Positions 9,137-18,662 of a stretch of 47,840 nucleotides of DNA are shown here, in pieces; the first letter of the stretch is position 1; every line of letters begins with the position of its first letter. A program made the position numbers and the translations under genes. Under the pieces are notes generated by a model that ran no database searches, was not told where the DNA came from, and was given only the letters and a program-made list of their open reading frames with translations. The stretch comes from Opitutales bacterium (GTDB lineage: Bacteria; Verrucomicrobiota; Verrucomicrobiia; Opitutales; Cerasicoccaceae): NCBI GenBank assembly GCA_050331415.1, contig JBHJGW010000106.1:1-47840 (forward strand), given 5' to 3'.

Positions 9137-10879
9137 TTAGAGCTTTTCGATATACGCGTAGAAGCTTCCACAGAGCGGCTGACCTTCAGCGTCGCGGAAA
9201 ATCCCGTGGAGCCGGTGCGCCCCCTGGCCGAGGTCCGCGATAACGGTAATGGCTGTCGGATCATCTTCGACAGAAGCCGTGAAACGCTGGTGATCGATGT
9301 CAAGCGTCGCATGGTCAATCGGCAGGGCGCGGCCGGCAGGTAGGGGCTTTCCGGAAAGGCGAGTCTCGAAAGGTGGGCAGCCAGCATCGAGCGCTAAGCC
9401 ACTCTCGACGGGCCAGCGTCGTAGCGTGATGCGGTATTCGCCAGCCGTATGCGCGAGAACTTTCCACGGAGCACCCTCCGGCGGAGTCCGGCGGTCGGTG
9501 GCCTCGCGGACATTCTGCTGACCATCACCTCGCGGACCCCCTACCCAGTTACTGCCGTCGAGCACCACGACCGGTTGATGCGGGCTGCCTATGATTTCGC
9601 CCGGAGGCGTGGAAGCGGTTTCCCGATGCTCGTAGTAGTAGCTTTTATAGTCACTCCAAAGGTCCACAAACACGTCCGGGTGTTCCCGCTCGACCTTGTT
9701 CTGCTGCGCGAGATCGGCTTCGATGTTGTACAAGGTATCCGCCCAGAGAATGCGCCACGGCCCGTGCATCACCGCGGCCATCTGCGGGTCGAGATTATGC
9801 TGCTGAATCTGCATCACGAGCGTCCGCGTCGGGATGTCCCCCTCCCCAAGCATCGCCGGAACGAGATTTTCTCCGGTCAGATTGGCCGTCTTAGGCGCGT
9901 CGACGCCGGTCAATGCAAGCAGGGTCGGAAAAAGGTCGGTAACGTCCGCCAAACCTTCCACAACGCGCCCATCGGTGAGGCCACCCGCCGGGTACCGGAT
10001 AAACAGCGGCACGCGGTGCCCGCCTTCCCAGGGCGTCGCCTTGCCACCAGTCATGCCGGCATTGAAGGTTGATTTTCCGCCAACAGGCCCATTGTCGCTG
10101 AGAAACATGACAATCGTATCCTCAGCCAGCTCCCGCTCCTCCAGAAAAGCGAGCAGGCGTCCGAGATTATCGTCGAGGTTCTTCAGCATTGCGAAGAACT
10201 CGGGATTGTCGGTGTCTCTAAACGGCTCCGTCCATGCCTCCGGTGCCCAAAAAGGAAAGTGCGGCGCATTGGTCGAGATGTACGCAAAGAAAGGCTCGGG
10301 CGCCTTCGCGCGCTCGTCGATCCACGTCATAGCAGCATCGAAAATCGCGTCCGTACAGAAGCCAGGGGCCTGCATCTCGACGCCGTTGTGCTCGACCCAC
10401 GTTTCCACATAATCATTATTCCAGCGGCTGCTGATGCCGGTGGTGCCAAAGCCGTACAGGACAAAGTTCTCGTCGAAACCACGATCGACGGGCCGGTTCG
10501 GCCAGTTGCGCCCCAAGTGCCATTTTCCGAAGATCCCCGTAGTGTAGCCTCCCGCTTGCAAGGCTTCTGGCAGTGTCGGAAACCCCTCTCTGAGCGTGTG
10601 CAGACCCTGACAGGTTGAAATGACCCCGTTTTCGAGCGAGCTGCGTCCCGTCAGCAAGGCCGCCCGCGTCGGCGAGCACATCGCGGTGACATGGAATTGC
10701 TCGAAGCGAACGCCTTCCTGCGCGAGACGGTCCATGTGGACGGTCTCGATGACCGGATTCCCGTGCAAAGAGACATCGCCGTAACCCTGGTCATCCGTGA
10801 GAATAAGGATCACGTTGGGAGCATTGGCGGGGGTTTGAACGGCGGTCATAGCAAAAACGAGAAGCGCGATTGCGGGCAT
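9137..10879 (-). CDS. Sulfatase (arylsulfatase family, formylglycine-dependent)
   Basis: Signal peptide MPAIALLVFAMTAVQTPANA. Sulfatase signature LILTDDQGYGD and FGly motif CSPTRAALLTGR. Start set at ATG 10879; the track start at 11086 is a GTG. Confidence 0.9.
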   Translation of the reverse strand: MPAIALLVFAMTAVQTPANAPNVILILTDDQGYGDVSLHGNPVIETVHMDRLAQEGVRFEQFHVTAMCSPTRAALLTGRSSLENGVISTCQGLHTLREGFPTLPEALQAGGYTTGIFGKWHLGRNWPNRPVDRGFDENFVLYGFGTTGISSRWNNDYVETWVEHNGVEMQAPGFCTDAIFDAAMTWIDERAKAPEPFFAYISTNAPHFPFWAPEAWTEPFRDTDNPEFFAMLKNLDDNLGRLLAFLEERELAEDTIVMFLSDNGPVGGKSTFNAGMTGGKATPWEGGHRVPLFIRYPAGGLTDGRVVEGLADVTDLFPTLLALTGVDAPKTANLTGENLVPAMLGEGDIPTRTLVMQIQQHNLDPQMAAVMHGPWRILWADTLYNIEADLAQQNKVEREHPDVFVDLWSDYKSYYYEHRETASTPPGEIIGSPHQPVVVLDGSNWVGGPRGDGQQNVREATDRRTPPEGAPWKVLAHTAGEYRITLRRWPVESGLALDAGCPPFETRLSGKPLPAGRALPIDHATLDIDHQRFTASVEDDPTAITVIADLGQGAHRLHGIFRDAEGQPLCGSFYAYIEKL

Positions 10880-11002
10880 CCACAGCCCGGCGGAGAAGAT
10901 TCGGTAACAGCGGCAAATGGGTGTTTTCCTTTGGTGCATGGCGTTAGCCCGCACTTTCTCAGGATTGACATTCGGCATGCAAGCTCGCGACGGTGCAAGC
11001 AC

Positions 11003-11947
11003 ATGCACACACGCGTCACCCTGTCTGCAGTCGCCACCGCTGCGGGCGTTTCTGCAGCGACCGCCTCGCGCGCCTTGTCCAACCACCCACGGATTTCTGC
11101 GGACACGCGAAAACGAGTCCGCAGGGCGGCTGCGGACTTGGGCTACCGCCCCGACCCCGCGCTTTCAGCACTGGCCCGGACACGATGGCGCGGCGATAGC
11201 CGGCACGACGGCGTGCTGCTGGCCCTTGTGCTCTGGACTGAGCGCCACCGGTCATCCTTCCCGCAATGCGAGGCTTTCATTGAGCAGGCAGAGGCACTCG
11301 GCTACGGGACCGCCGTCCTTGAAAAACGAACTTACGCCAGTGACGAAACGCTTCAACGCGTTCTCGGGGCAAGGGCAGCGGCCGGCGTTGCGCTGGTCGT
11401 GGATTACCATGTGCAACGCCCACCCGAACTCGACTGGAGCTCGGTAGCCGTCCTACAAATGGGCTTGGACCCGGTTGAACGGCCCCTGTTCGACGCGTGT
11501 GCGGTCGACCATTTTTCGGAGCACCTCCGTGCGATGCGGGAGACACTAGCCGGGGGTTTCCAACGACCCGCGGTGGTTCTGTACGAGCCGCGTTTTCTGC
11601 CTTACGAACATCGGCGGCTTGGCGCACTCGAAAGCGCCTGGCGCGAGGCCGGCGGCTCCCGGCGGCTTCCACTGCTCTGGCTCAACCCCGTGGCCGCAGG
11701 CGCTCACGGCAAACTACGGGCTTGGATCGAAAAATGCCGGCCCGACGTCCTTCTTGCCCAAACCAGTTGGCCGCGACACGCCCTCGACAACCTCCGAATG
11801 GCAGCGCCCCAGCGCCCGGCCGTCGTCGACCTTTCGGCCTACCGCAATCTCCCGGAGCAAGGCCGCGCCTCTGCTCGGCTGCTCGCCGGCAAAGTCCAAC
11901 ATCGGGACTATGGCAGGCCCGCGCATCCAGTCTTGTCGCTCGTGTAG
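11003..11947 (+). CDS. LacI-family transcriptional regulator
   Basis: N-terminal HTH (VTLSAVATAAGVSAATASRALSNHPRISADTRKRVRRAAADLGY) followed by a periplasmic-binding-protein-like domain. Divergent from the sulfatase gene (123-bp spacer). Confidence 0.8.
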   Translation: MHTRVTLSAVATAAGVSAATASRALSNHPRISADTRKRVRRAAADLGYRPDPALSALARTRWRGDSRHDGVLLALVLWTERHRSSFPQCEAFIEQAEALGYGTAVLEKRTYASDETLQRVLGARAAAGVALVVDYHVQRPPELDWSSVAVLQMGLDPVERPLFDACAVDHFSEHLRAMRETLAGGFQRPAVVLYEPRFLPYEHRRLGALESAWREAGGSRRLPLLWLNPVAAGAHGKLRAWIEKCRPDVLLAQTSWPRHALDNLRMAAPQRPAVVDLSAYRNLPEQGRASARLLAGKVQHRDYGRPAHPVLSLV

Positions 11948-12127
11948 ACCGCTGTACCGTTTTCAGACCGTTGGGCAGCCCGGCTTCCGAACGATTATCT
12001 TAACGATGACCGGAGTCGCGCCTGTGCACAAGAGTCCGCTCGGTAAGCAGCAGCACGCCGCTCGGTCGGAAAGGCCGAATAAACCCTTGAAAACCCGGCA
12101 TGAGCGGCTTCTGTTTGCGCTACCCTT

Positions 12128-12916
12128 ATGAGAATCATCCGTTTCGAAGACCCCTCGGGCAACATCCATTACGGCTCCGAAGCCGCGGTTGGCGAGGACG
12201 CTGAAATCCTTGGTGGCGAGTTGCTTAGCGGCCTGAACCCGACTGGTGACAAGGCCCGCGTCGCCAAGCTGCTCTATCCCTATTCGCCCACAGCCATCCA
12301 TGGCATTGGAGCCAATTTTAAGGCGATCTTTGAGGATGCGGGCAAGCCTTTGCCCGAATATCCGGTGGTTTTCTTCAAATACCACAATGCTCTCCAACAC
12401 CCGAGCGAACCGATTATTTTGCCGCGGAAGATGATCCGCGCCGAACAGGTAAAGTTCGAAGGGGAACTGGGCATCGTTGTGGGTAAGACGGCCAAGAACG
12501 TGCCAGTCGAGGAGGCAATGGACTACGTTTTCGGCTATACCATCGCCAACGATGTTTCCGCCAGTGACTGGCAACGCGAACGCGTGGGCAACCAATGGTG
12601 CAAGGGGAAGGGCTTCGACACCTTTTTGCCATTCGGCCCTGTCATTGTTACCAAGGACGAGATCACCGAACCCGGCGGTTTGCGCATTGTCACCAAAGTC
12701 GATGGAAAGGTGGAACAAGACGACGTCGTTGCCAACATGTGTTTCGACGTCGCGCAGATCATAGCCTTTCTGTCGGCAGGGCTGACGGTGCCAGCGGGAA
12801 CCCTGATCATTCCAGGCACGCCTACCGGTGCACGCTTTATGGTATCCGGGGAAACCGTTGAGATCACCATCGAACCGATCGGTACGCTGACGAATCAGGC
12901 AATCGAGGAAGTGTAG
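12128..12916 (+). CDS. Fumarylacetoacetate hydrolase (FAH) family protein (2-keto-4-pentenoate hydratase / HpcE-like)
   Basis: FAH-fold motifs: VVFFK, GELGIVVGK, GYTIANDVSA, KGKGFDTFLPFGP, PGTPTG. Confidence 0.8.
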   Translation: MRIIRFEDPSGNIHYGSEAAVGEDAEILGGELLSGLNPTGDKARVAKLLYPYSPTAIHGIGANFKAIFEDAGKPLPEYPVVFFKYHNALQHPSEPIILPRKMIRAEQVKFEGELGIVVGKTAKNVPVEEAMDYVFGYTIANDVSASDWQRERVGNQWCKGKGFDTFLPFGPVIVTKDEITEPGGLRIVTKVDGKVEQDDVVANMCFDVAQIIAFLSAGLTVPAGTLIIPGTPTGARFMVSGETVEITIEPIGTLTNQAIEEV

Positions 12917-13002
12917 CGTTTCCGTGACATCGGCCGCAGGACGAAGATTTGAGCGAAATTTGGCCTTGCGGAACCTGGCTAGGAACGGGATCAGTTGGGC
13001 AT

Positions 13003-13398
13003 ATGAATTGGGCCTTTCTCCCGTTTCGCAAATACGCTGTTTTCCATGGCCGCGCGCGCCGCAAGGAATACTGGCTGTTCACGCTCTTCATCGTCCTCGT
13101 TTCGATTGCCCTGACGGGCCTGATCGCCGGCCTGGCCGGTTTCGAAGCTTTTGCTGCGGGTGAATTAACCGGTCCCGCTCTGGCTGGCCAGGGAGTGTAC
13201 TATGTGTTTCAGCTGGCCATCTTGCTGCCGTCGCTCGCTGTGACGGTCCGACGGCTTCACGATATCGGGAAAAGCGGTTGGTGGCTGCTCATCGTGCTTG
13301 TGCCTCTCGTGGGCGCACTCGTGCTGCTCTTTTTTACCATTCAGGACAGCCAGGACCGCCGTAATCGGCACGGCCCTAATCCGAAAGCCGACGAATAA
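13003..13398 (+). CDS. DUF805-family inner membrane protein
   Basis: FRKYAVFHGRARRKEYW motif followed by three hydrophobic helices. Start at MNWAFLPF (13003). Confidence 0.7.
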   Translation: MNWAFLPFRKYAVFHGRARRKEYWLFTLFIVLVSIALTGLIAGLAGFEAFAAGELTGPALAGQGVYYVFQLAILLPSLAVTVRRLHDIGKSGWWLLIVLVPLVGALVLLFFTIQDSQDRRNRHGPNPKADE

Positions 13399-13424
13399 AC
13401 GGGCGCCGACTTCCTCCTTAAGTT

Positions 13425-15092
13425 TTGCAAAACTCACCTGCACCAGAATCCACGACAGACTGGCAAGCGGCTTCGCGGGAAGCTCACGCAACGCTCGAAA
13501 ACTGGCTCGCCGACCGCGCCACGCGGCAGGCGGCGCAGCGCGAGCGTCTCCAAGAAGCCTTTTCGTTCGTCCAGCGTCTTCGCGAAGAGGGCGAACCGAC
13601 CGAGTTTACCCACAACCTTGACCAGCCGCCCGAACCCGAGCCGGCGAAAGCTCACGTCAAGGAAGTCGAGCCTTTCGATCCGCAGAAACTTGGCGACTAC
13701 CAGCGCCCCGGCACCGGTTTCCTTCGGGCGGCCGGTGACGCTTCGCCGGGGCTGTCAGCAGAGCAATTGGAGGGGCTCCGCGAGCGTCTTCAGCGGGCAC
13801 TGGACAATTTTGCCATCGACGCACTCGTGGCCGACGCTTCGGTGGGGCCGCGAGTTACGCAGTTTCGCGTCAAACCTGGCTACGGCACGAAAGTCGAGGC
13901 GATTGCCAACCTCGATAAAAACTTTGCGCTCGCATTGGCCTCCGGAGCCGTGCGGATTCAGGCGCCGATTCCTGGCGAGCCTTTCGTGGGCATCGAGGTA
14001 CCCAACCCCACCTCCCGACTGGTCGACCTGCGCGGCGTCTTCGAGGGTGTCGATTGGGCCAACACCGACGGTGACTTGCCTCTGGTGCTCGGCGTCGACA
14101 TTACCGGCCGTTGCCAATTTATCGATCTCGCCAAGGCGCCTCACTTGCTCATCGCTGGCGCGACGGGCTCAGGGAAGTCCGTGTGCATTAACAACCTGAT
14201 CCTTTCCCTGCTCTACCGCTTCCGGCCCGACGAGCTCGAGCTCGTGCTCGTGGATCCGAAAAAGGTCGAATTCGCGATGTACCAGAAGCTGCCGCACCTG
14301 ATCCATCCGGTCGTGGACAAGCCCTCGCAGGCTGTGCAGGCGCTGAAGTGGCTCGTGCGTGAAATGGAAACCCGCTACGAACTCCTGGCGGAAAAGCGCG
14401 TTCGCAATCTCGCCGGCTACAATTCTGCGTCCCGGCGCGACGGATTCGCCCCCCTGCCCTACATTGTCTTGATCGTCGATGAGCTTGCCGACCTGATGAT
14501 GACGTCAAAAGAAGATGTGGAAATGCCGATCGCCCGATTGGCGCAGATGTCGCGCGCGGTAGGCATCCACACGGTACTCGCGACGCAGCGCCCAAGCGTC
14601 AACGTCATCACCGGCGTCATCAAAGCCAACTACCCGGCGCGGGTGGCGTTCAAGGTTTCGAGTCAGGTCGACAGCCGCACCATTCTCGACGCCAAAGGTG
14701 CGGAATCCCTTCAGGGCAAGGGCGACATGCTTTACAACCCGCCGGGTCTTGGCGGCCTGGTGCGCCTGCAGAGCCCGTTTGTCGATGATGACGAAATCAA
14801 CGGCGTCACTGACTTCCTCCGTTCGCAGCTCGAGCCACGCTATCGCGTCGAACTCCACGACGAAGACGACGACGGAACCGGCAGCGCCGGGGCGAACGAG
14901 GACGACCCGCTTATCAAGCAGGCCATCGACGTCATCGCCACCAGCCAGCGCGCCAGCACGAGTTTTCTTCAGCGACGCCTCAAAATCGGTTACAACCGAG
15001 CGGCCAACCTCATCGAAGAACTCGAGAAACGGGGTTACCTTGGCCCGCAAATCGAAAACCAGCCGCGCGAGATTTTCATCCCGCAGCGGTAG
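13425..15092 (+). CDS. FtsK/SpoIIIE-family DNA translocase, soluble (SftA-like, no N-terminal transmembrane domain), TTG start
   Basis: Walker A LLIAGATGSGKSVCINNLI; Walker B LIVDELADLMM. Winged-helix gamma domain (DPLIKQAIDVIATSQRASTSFLQRRLKIGYNRAANLIEELEKRGYLGP). No ATG exists before the ATPase core. The ORF opens at a TTG at 13425. Confidence 0.85.
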   Translation: MQNSPAPESTTDWQAASREAHATLENWLADRATRQAAQRERLQEAFSFVQRLREEGEPTEFTHNLDQPPEPEPAKAHVKEVEPFDPQKLGDYQRPGTGFLRAAGDASPGLSAEQLEGLRERLQRALDNFAIDALVADASVGPRVTQFRVKPGYGTKVEAIANLDKNFALALASGAVRIQAPIPGEPFVGIEVPNPTSRLVDLRGVFEGVDWANTDGDLPLVLGVDITGRCQFIDLAKAPHLLIAGATGSGKSVCINNLILSLLYRFRPDELELVLVDPKKVEFAMYQKLPHLIHPVVDKPSQAVQALKWLVREMETRYELLAEKRVRNLAGYNSASRRDGFAPLPYIVLIVDELADLMMTSKEDVEMPIARLAQMSRAVGIHTVLATQRPSVNVITGVIKANYPARVAFKVSSQVDSRTILDAKGAESLQGKGDMLYNPPGLGGLVRLQSPFVDDDEINGVTDFLRSQLEPRYRVELHDEDDDGTGSAGANEDDPLIKQAIDVIATSQRASTSFLQRRLKIGYNRAANLIEELEKRGYLGPQIENQPREIFIPQR

Positions 15093-15152
15093 TGACAAGC
15101 TGCCGCGGCCAGACGTTTTTCGATCGGCGCGTACCGGATCAAGAGTCCGTCC

Positions 15153-15626
15153 CTACAGTTGGCTCGTTGCGGAACCGCGGAGCGCATCGAAGTCGCCCCG
15201 CTCGCAGGCCGAAACGAAACCTTCGCAGAAGCCTTTGAGCGTCTCCCACCGCTGGCGGATCGAGGCGGCCTCGTCGTCGGTGATACGCTCGTCGATGCCC
15301 GCTTCGGCGACCTCTGAAATCAGGGTCGCGAACTGCTGAATCAACTCGTTGGTGGCGGGGCTCAGTTCGTAGCGCTTTCTGCCGGCTTCTGGGTTTTCCA
15401 AAAAAAAGCCGCCGCACCGATGGCAGAGCCACTTGATGACGGCGTGGTCCGGGCAGGCATCGTTGAGTTGCGCGGCGCGGTCGAGCGGATTTGGCGATCC
15501 GCTGCCAAAATCACCGGTGGGTTCAGCCCACTTGTATAAAAGCGATGAAGAAATCCCAATCTCCGCCGCGATTTCCTTTGGCGACTTATACGCGAAACAG
15601 GCACGGACGATCTCGTGGGAATCCAC
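15153..15626 (-). CDS. Hypothetical HTH-containing protein
   Basis: 157-aa ORF with HTH-like stretch SPKEIAAEIGISSSLLYKW. Divergent from the yqiJ-like gene. Not antisense to another coding region. Confidence 0.5.
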   Translation of the reverse strand: MDSHEIVRACFAYKSPKEIAAEIGISSSLLYKWAEPTGDFGSGSPNPLDRAAQLNDACPDHAVIKWLCHRCGGFFLENPEAGRKRYELSPATNELIQQFATLISEVAEAGIDERITDDEAASIRQRWETLKGFCEGFVSACERGDFDALRGSATSQL

Positions 15627-15700
15627 GGGTTTTTAGCCTGGGGAGCCGGAGCCGGAAAAGCAAGGCGGTTTGCAAATTCGTTACAAAGCTTGAGATCGAT

Positions 15701-15706
15701 TATAAT
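15701..15706 (+). promoter_or_regulatory. Candidate -10 element (TATAAT) with weak -35 (GTTACA at 15680-15685, 15-nt spacer) upstream of the NfeD-flotillin operon
   Basis: Perfect TATAAT hexamer in an AT-rich island, 48 bp upstream of the yqiJ-like start. Confidence 0.35.
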
Positions 15707-15754
15707 TTTCATGGTCCGGGTGATAGGGTAAAACGTTACGTGTTGCCTGAAGCC

Positions 15755-16426
15755 ATGCTCGAACTGCTGCAAGAGGCCGTTAAGCCCTACAACCTCCCTT
15801 GGACCATCCTGTTGGGGCTCGTCCTGCTCTACTGGCTGGTTCAGATCGTCACGGGCCTCGATTTCGAGGGTGATCTCAACTTCGAAGCCGAGGTTGACAT
15901 GGCCAATCCCGATGGCTTTCTCGACGGCCTGACGCGCTTCCTCCATGTGGGGCAAGTGCCGCTGATGTTCGTCATAGGGGCTTTGGCCCTCGTGGCGTGG
16001 ACCTTTTCGATCGTCGGAAATCTCTTTCTCAACCCCGACCAGGTAGTGTGGCTCGGTTGGCTGCTTGCGGTGCTGGCGCTTATTCCCGCCGTGCTGCTGG
16101 CGCGCTTGCTTCTGGCTCCCGTGGCCGCCTTTTACAAACAACTGGAAACCAAGGAAGCCGGCAACCGCTCGATGGTCGGGCAGACCTGCACGGTCATTAC
16201 CGAGCGCGTCGACGACGTCTACGGCCAGGGCGAGATTCACACCAAAGACGGCACCTTCACCGTCAGCATTCGCCCAGCTGAAAACTGCGAGCAGCTGGAA
16301 CGCGGTGACACGGCCCTGATTATTGACCGCTTTGACGACAAGCTCGTTTACGCGGTGCGGAAGGTTTCCTCGGACCAGCTCGCCATCGCCGACCATCGCT
16401 CGGCGCAGCCCGAATCTTCAGACTAG
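15755..16426 (+). CDS. yqiJ: NfeD/YqiJ-like membrane protein (membrane N-terminus, C-terminal OB-fold)
   Basis: Three TM helices, then a soluble beta-rich C-terminus (TCTVITERVDDVYGQGEIHTKDGTFTVSIRPAEN). Immediately upstream of an SPFH/flotillin gene, as in E. coli yqiJK. Confidence 0.7.
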   Translation: MLELLQEAVKPYNLPWTILLGLVLLYWLVQIVTGLDFEGDLNFEAEVDMANPDGFLDGLTRFLHVGQVPLMFVIGALALVAWTFSIVGNLFLNPDQVVWLGWLLAVLALIPAVLLARLLLAPVAAFYKQLETKEAGNRSMVGQTCTVITERVDDVYGQGEIHTKDGTFTVSIRPAENCEQLERGDTALIIDRFDDKLVYAVRKVSSDQLAIADHRSAQPESSD

Positions 16427-16511
16427 CGATCTGTGCCGGACCTGGGCCACTCTGCCCGCTCGACTTAGTTTTTCTTCTCAAACGTTTCTCAACGCTCAAT
16501 CGTCTCCGCAT

Positions 16512-18602
16512 ATGCACGCACTCGTTCTTGCACAAGCCGAAGCAGTGATCTTTGGCCTCTCATGGGTATGGCTCATCATTATCGGAACCGCTCTGTTTGC
16601 CTTGATCGGTTTTATCCTCAGCGTCTTTCACAAGGCGCAGCAGGGTTATGCCTTTGTGCGCACCGGCTTTGGCGGGACACGGGTTTTCCTGGCTGGCTGT
16701 ATCAGCATACCGGTCCTTCACCGGCTGGAAATCATGGACCTCCGGGTACAGACGCTGCAGCTCGACCGGCGTGGTAAGGACGGCCTCATCTGCAAAGACA
16801 ACGTACGGGCGGATATAACTGTCGGCTTTTATGTACGCGTCAACCCGACAGAGGAAAGCGTCCGCGAAGTCGCCCGCCGCGTGGGCTGCCAGCGTGCCTC
16901 GGACATCGACAAGTTGCGCGAACTCTTTGACGCGAAGTTCTCCGAGGCCCTCAAGACAGCGGGCAAGCAATTCGACTTCGAAGAGCTGTACACCAAGCGC
17001 CTCGAGTTCCGCGAAAAGATCAAGGAGGTCATCGAGAGCGATCTGGAGGCCTACGCCCTGACGGACGTCGCGATCGACTACCTCGAACAGACGGGCGTCG
17101 ATTCCCTCAACCCGAACAACATCCTGGACTCCGAGGGGATCAAGAAGATCACGGATCTGACGGCCAAGCAGATGATCCTCGAAAACGAGATCAACAACAA
17201 CCGCATCCGTACGATCAAGCAAAACGACGTGGAGCGCATCGAGGCAGTCCTCGAACTCGAAAAACAACAGGCCGAGGCGGAAGAAAAGCAGAAGCGCGAG
17301 ATCGCCGTCATCAGTGCACGCGAGGACGCCGAGTCCAAACGCGTGCAAGAAGAACAGCGCCAACGCGCCGAGCAGGCCCGCATCGCTGCCGAGGAGGAAA
17401 TTCAGATCGCCAACCAGAACATGGAGCGGCAGGTGATCGTCGCCGAGAAGAACAAGCAAAAGACCGAGGCGATTGAGACGGAACGGGTCGAGCGCGACCG
17501 CCAGCTCGAAATCGTGGAGCGCGACAAAGTCACCTCCCTCGCCGAAATCGAGAAGACCAAGGCCCTCGAAATCGAAAAGCGCAATATTCAGGACGTCATC
17601 AAGGAGCGCGTGATGGTCGAGAAGACCGTCGTGATTGAGCAGGAGAAGATCAAGGATACCGAGGCCTTCGCCACCGCCGACCGCCAGAAGCGCGTGACCC
17701 TGACCGCCGCCGAAGAAGAAGCCGAGGAAAAGAAGATCAAGCAGCTGAAGGCCGCCGAAGCCAGCAAAGAAGCCGAACAGATGAAGGCCGATGAGGACTT
17801 CTACCGGCAGACCCGCAAGGCCGAAGCCGGAAAGCGCGCCACCGAACTCGCCGCCGAAGAAATGGTTATCAGTGCCGAGGCGGAAGAAACCAGCTCGACC
17901 CGCACAGCCAACGCCAAGAAGACGCTCGCCGAAGCCACCGCCGCTGAAACCGCCGCCACCGGTTTGGGTGAGGCTCAAGTGATGGAAGCGAAAGCCGCCG
18001 CCAAACAGAAGGAAGGCGAGGCCGATGCCCATGTCATGGAACTGAAAGCCGCCGCCGACGCCAAGGGCATCCACCAGAAGGCCGAAGCGATGAAGCTCTT
18101 CAACGAAGCTGGCAAGGAACACGAAGAGTTCAAGCTGCGCCTCGAAAAGGAAAAGACCGTCGAGCTCGAAGCCATCCGCGTCAACGAGCAGATTGCCGAA
18201 TACCAGGCGAAGGTCCTCGGCGAGTCCCTCAAGAACACCAAGGTCGACATTGTGGGTGGCAGCGCGGACTTCTACAGCGAGATCGTTGGTGCCGTTACCC
18301 GCGGCAAGTCGTTCGAGCGCATGCTTGGGGCCAGCCCGGCCCTGGCCGACGTCAAGGAAACCTTCTTCAATGGCGATCCGGAGTACTTCAAGAGCCAGCT
18401 TTCGTCATGGCTGCGCGAATACGGGGTGAATGTCGACACGGTGAAAGACCTCTCCATCGCCGCCCTGCTGATGAAACTCGCCGGTCAGACTGACGACCCG
18501 GCGAAGCTGCAAAAGATTACAAGCCTGCAAGGCCTCGCCGAAAAATTTGGTCTCGCCATGCAACCGGTGGGCAAACTGCTGACGACTGCCGGAAAGAACT
18601 GA
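16512..18602 (+). CDS. yqiK: Flotillin-like SPFH/band-7 protein (YqiK family) with a very long E/K/A-rich coiled coil
   Basis: N-terminal TM helix (VWLIIIGTALFALIGFILSVF). SPFH domain (RTGFGGTRVFLAG...ICKDNVRADITVGFYVRVNP). About 450 aa of EA/KA-rich heptads. Start at ATG 16512. Confidence 0.9.
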   Translation: MHALVLAQAEAVIFGLSWVWLIIIGTALFALIGFILSVFHKAQQGYAFVRTGFGGTRVFLAGCISIPVLHRLEIMDLRVQTLQLDRRGKDGLICKDNVRADITVGFYVRVNPTEESVREVARRVGCQRASDIDKLRELFDAKFSEALKTAGKQFDFEELYTKRLEFREKIKEVIESDLEAYALTDVAIDYLEQTGVDSLNPNNILDSEGIKKITDLTAKQMILENEINNNRIRTIKQNDVERIEAVLELEKQQAEAEEKQKREIAVISAREDAESKRVQEEQRQRAEQARIAAEEEIQIANQNMERQVIVAEKNKQKTEAIETERVERDRQLEIVERDKVTSLAEIEKTKALEIEKRNIQDVIKERVMVEKTVVIEQEKIKDTEAFATADRQKRVTLTAAEEEAEEKKIKQLKAAEASKEAEQMKADEDFYRQTRKAEAGKRATELAAEEMVISAEAEETSSTRTANAKKTLAEATAAETAATGLGEAQVMEAKAAAKQKEGEADAHVMELKAAADAKGIHQKAEAMKLFNEAGKEHEEFKLRLEKEKTVELEAIRVNEQIAEYQAKVLGESLKNTKVDIVGGSADFYSEIVGAVTRGKSFERMLGASPALADVKETFFNGDPEYFKSQLSSWLREYGVNVDTVKDLSIAALLMKLAGQTDDPAKLQKITSLQGLAEKFGLAMQPVGKLLTTAGKN

Positions 18603-18613
18603 TGAGCTCACAC

Positions 18614-18645
18614 GCAGGCTGCTTCACGCTTATGAAGCAGCCCGC
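18614..18645 (+). terminator. Intergenic stem-loop (13-bp stem with 1 mismatch, 6-nt loop) between the flotillin and SHOCT genes; possible attenuator or partial terminator
   Basis: GCAGGCTGCTTCA-cgctta-TGAAGCAGCCCGC, 12 nt after the flotillin stop. No U-tract follows. Confidence 0.35.
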
Positions 18646-18662
18646 CCTGACCCAAGAGTCCC

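Noticed and set aside
9449-10412. Plus-strand ORFs inside the sulfatase gene
   Set aside because: Antisense to a sulfatase with intact signature motifs.
11963-12718. 251-aa minus-strand ORF
   Set aside because: Antisense to the FAH-family gene, which has clear motifs.
14505-15098. 197-aa minus-strand ORF
   Set aside because: Antisense to the FtsK motor domain.
15362-16396. 344-aa minus-strand ORF
   Set aside because: Antisense to the yqiJ-like gene and its promoter; Arg-rich low complexity.
16560-18122. 520-aa minus-strand ORF inside the flotillin gene
   Set aside because: Composition (L/G/F/D runs) is the antisense image of the EA/KA-rich coiled coil; no domains. Flotillin on the plus strand is unambiguous.
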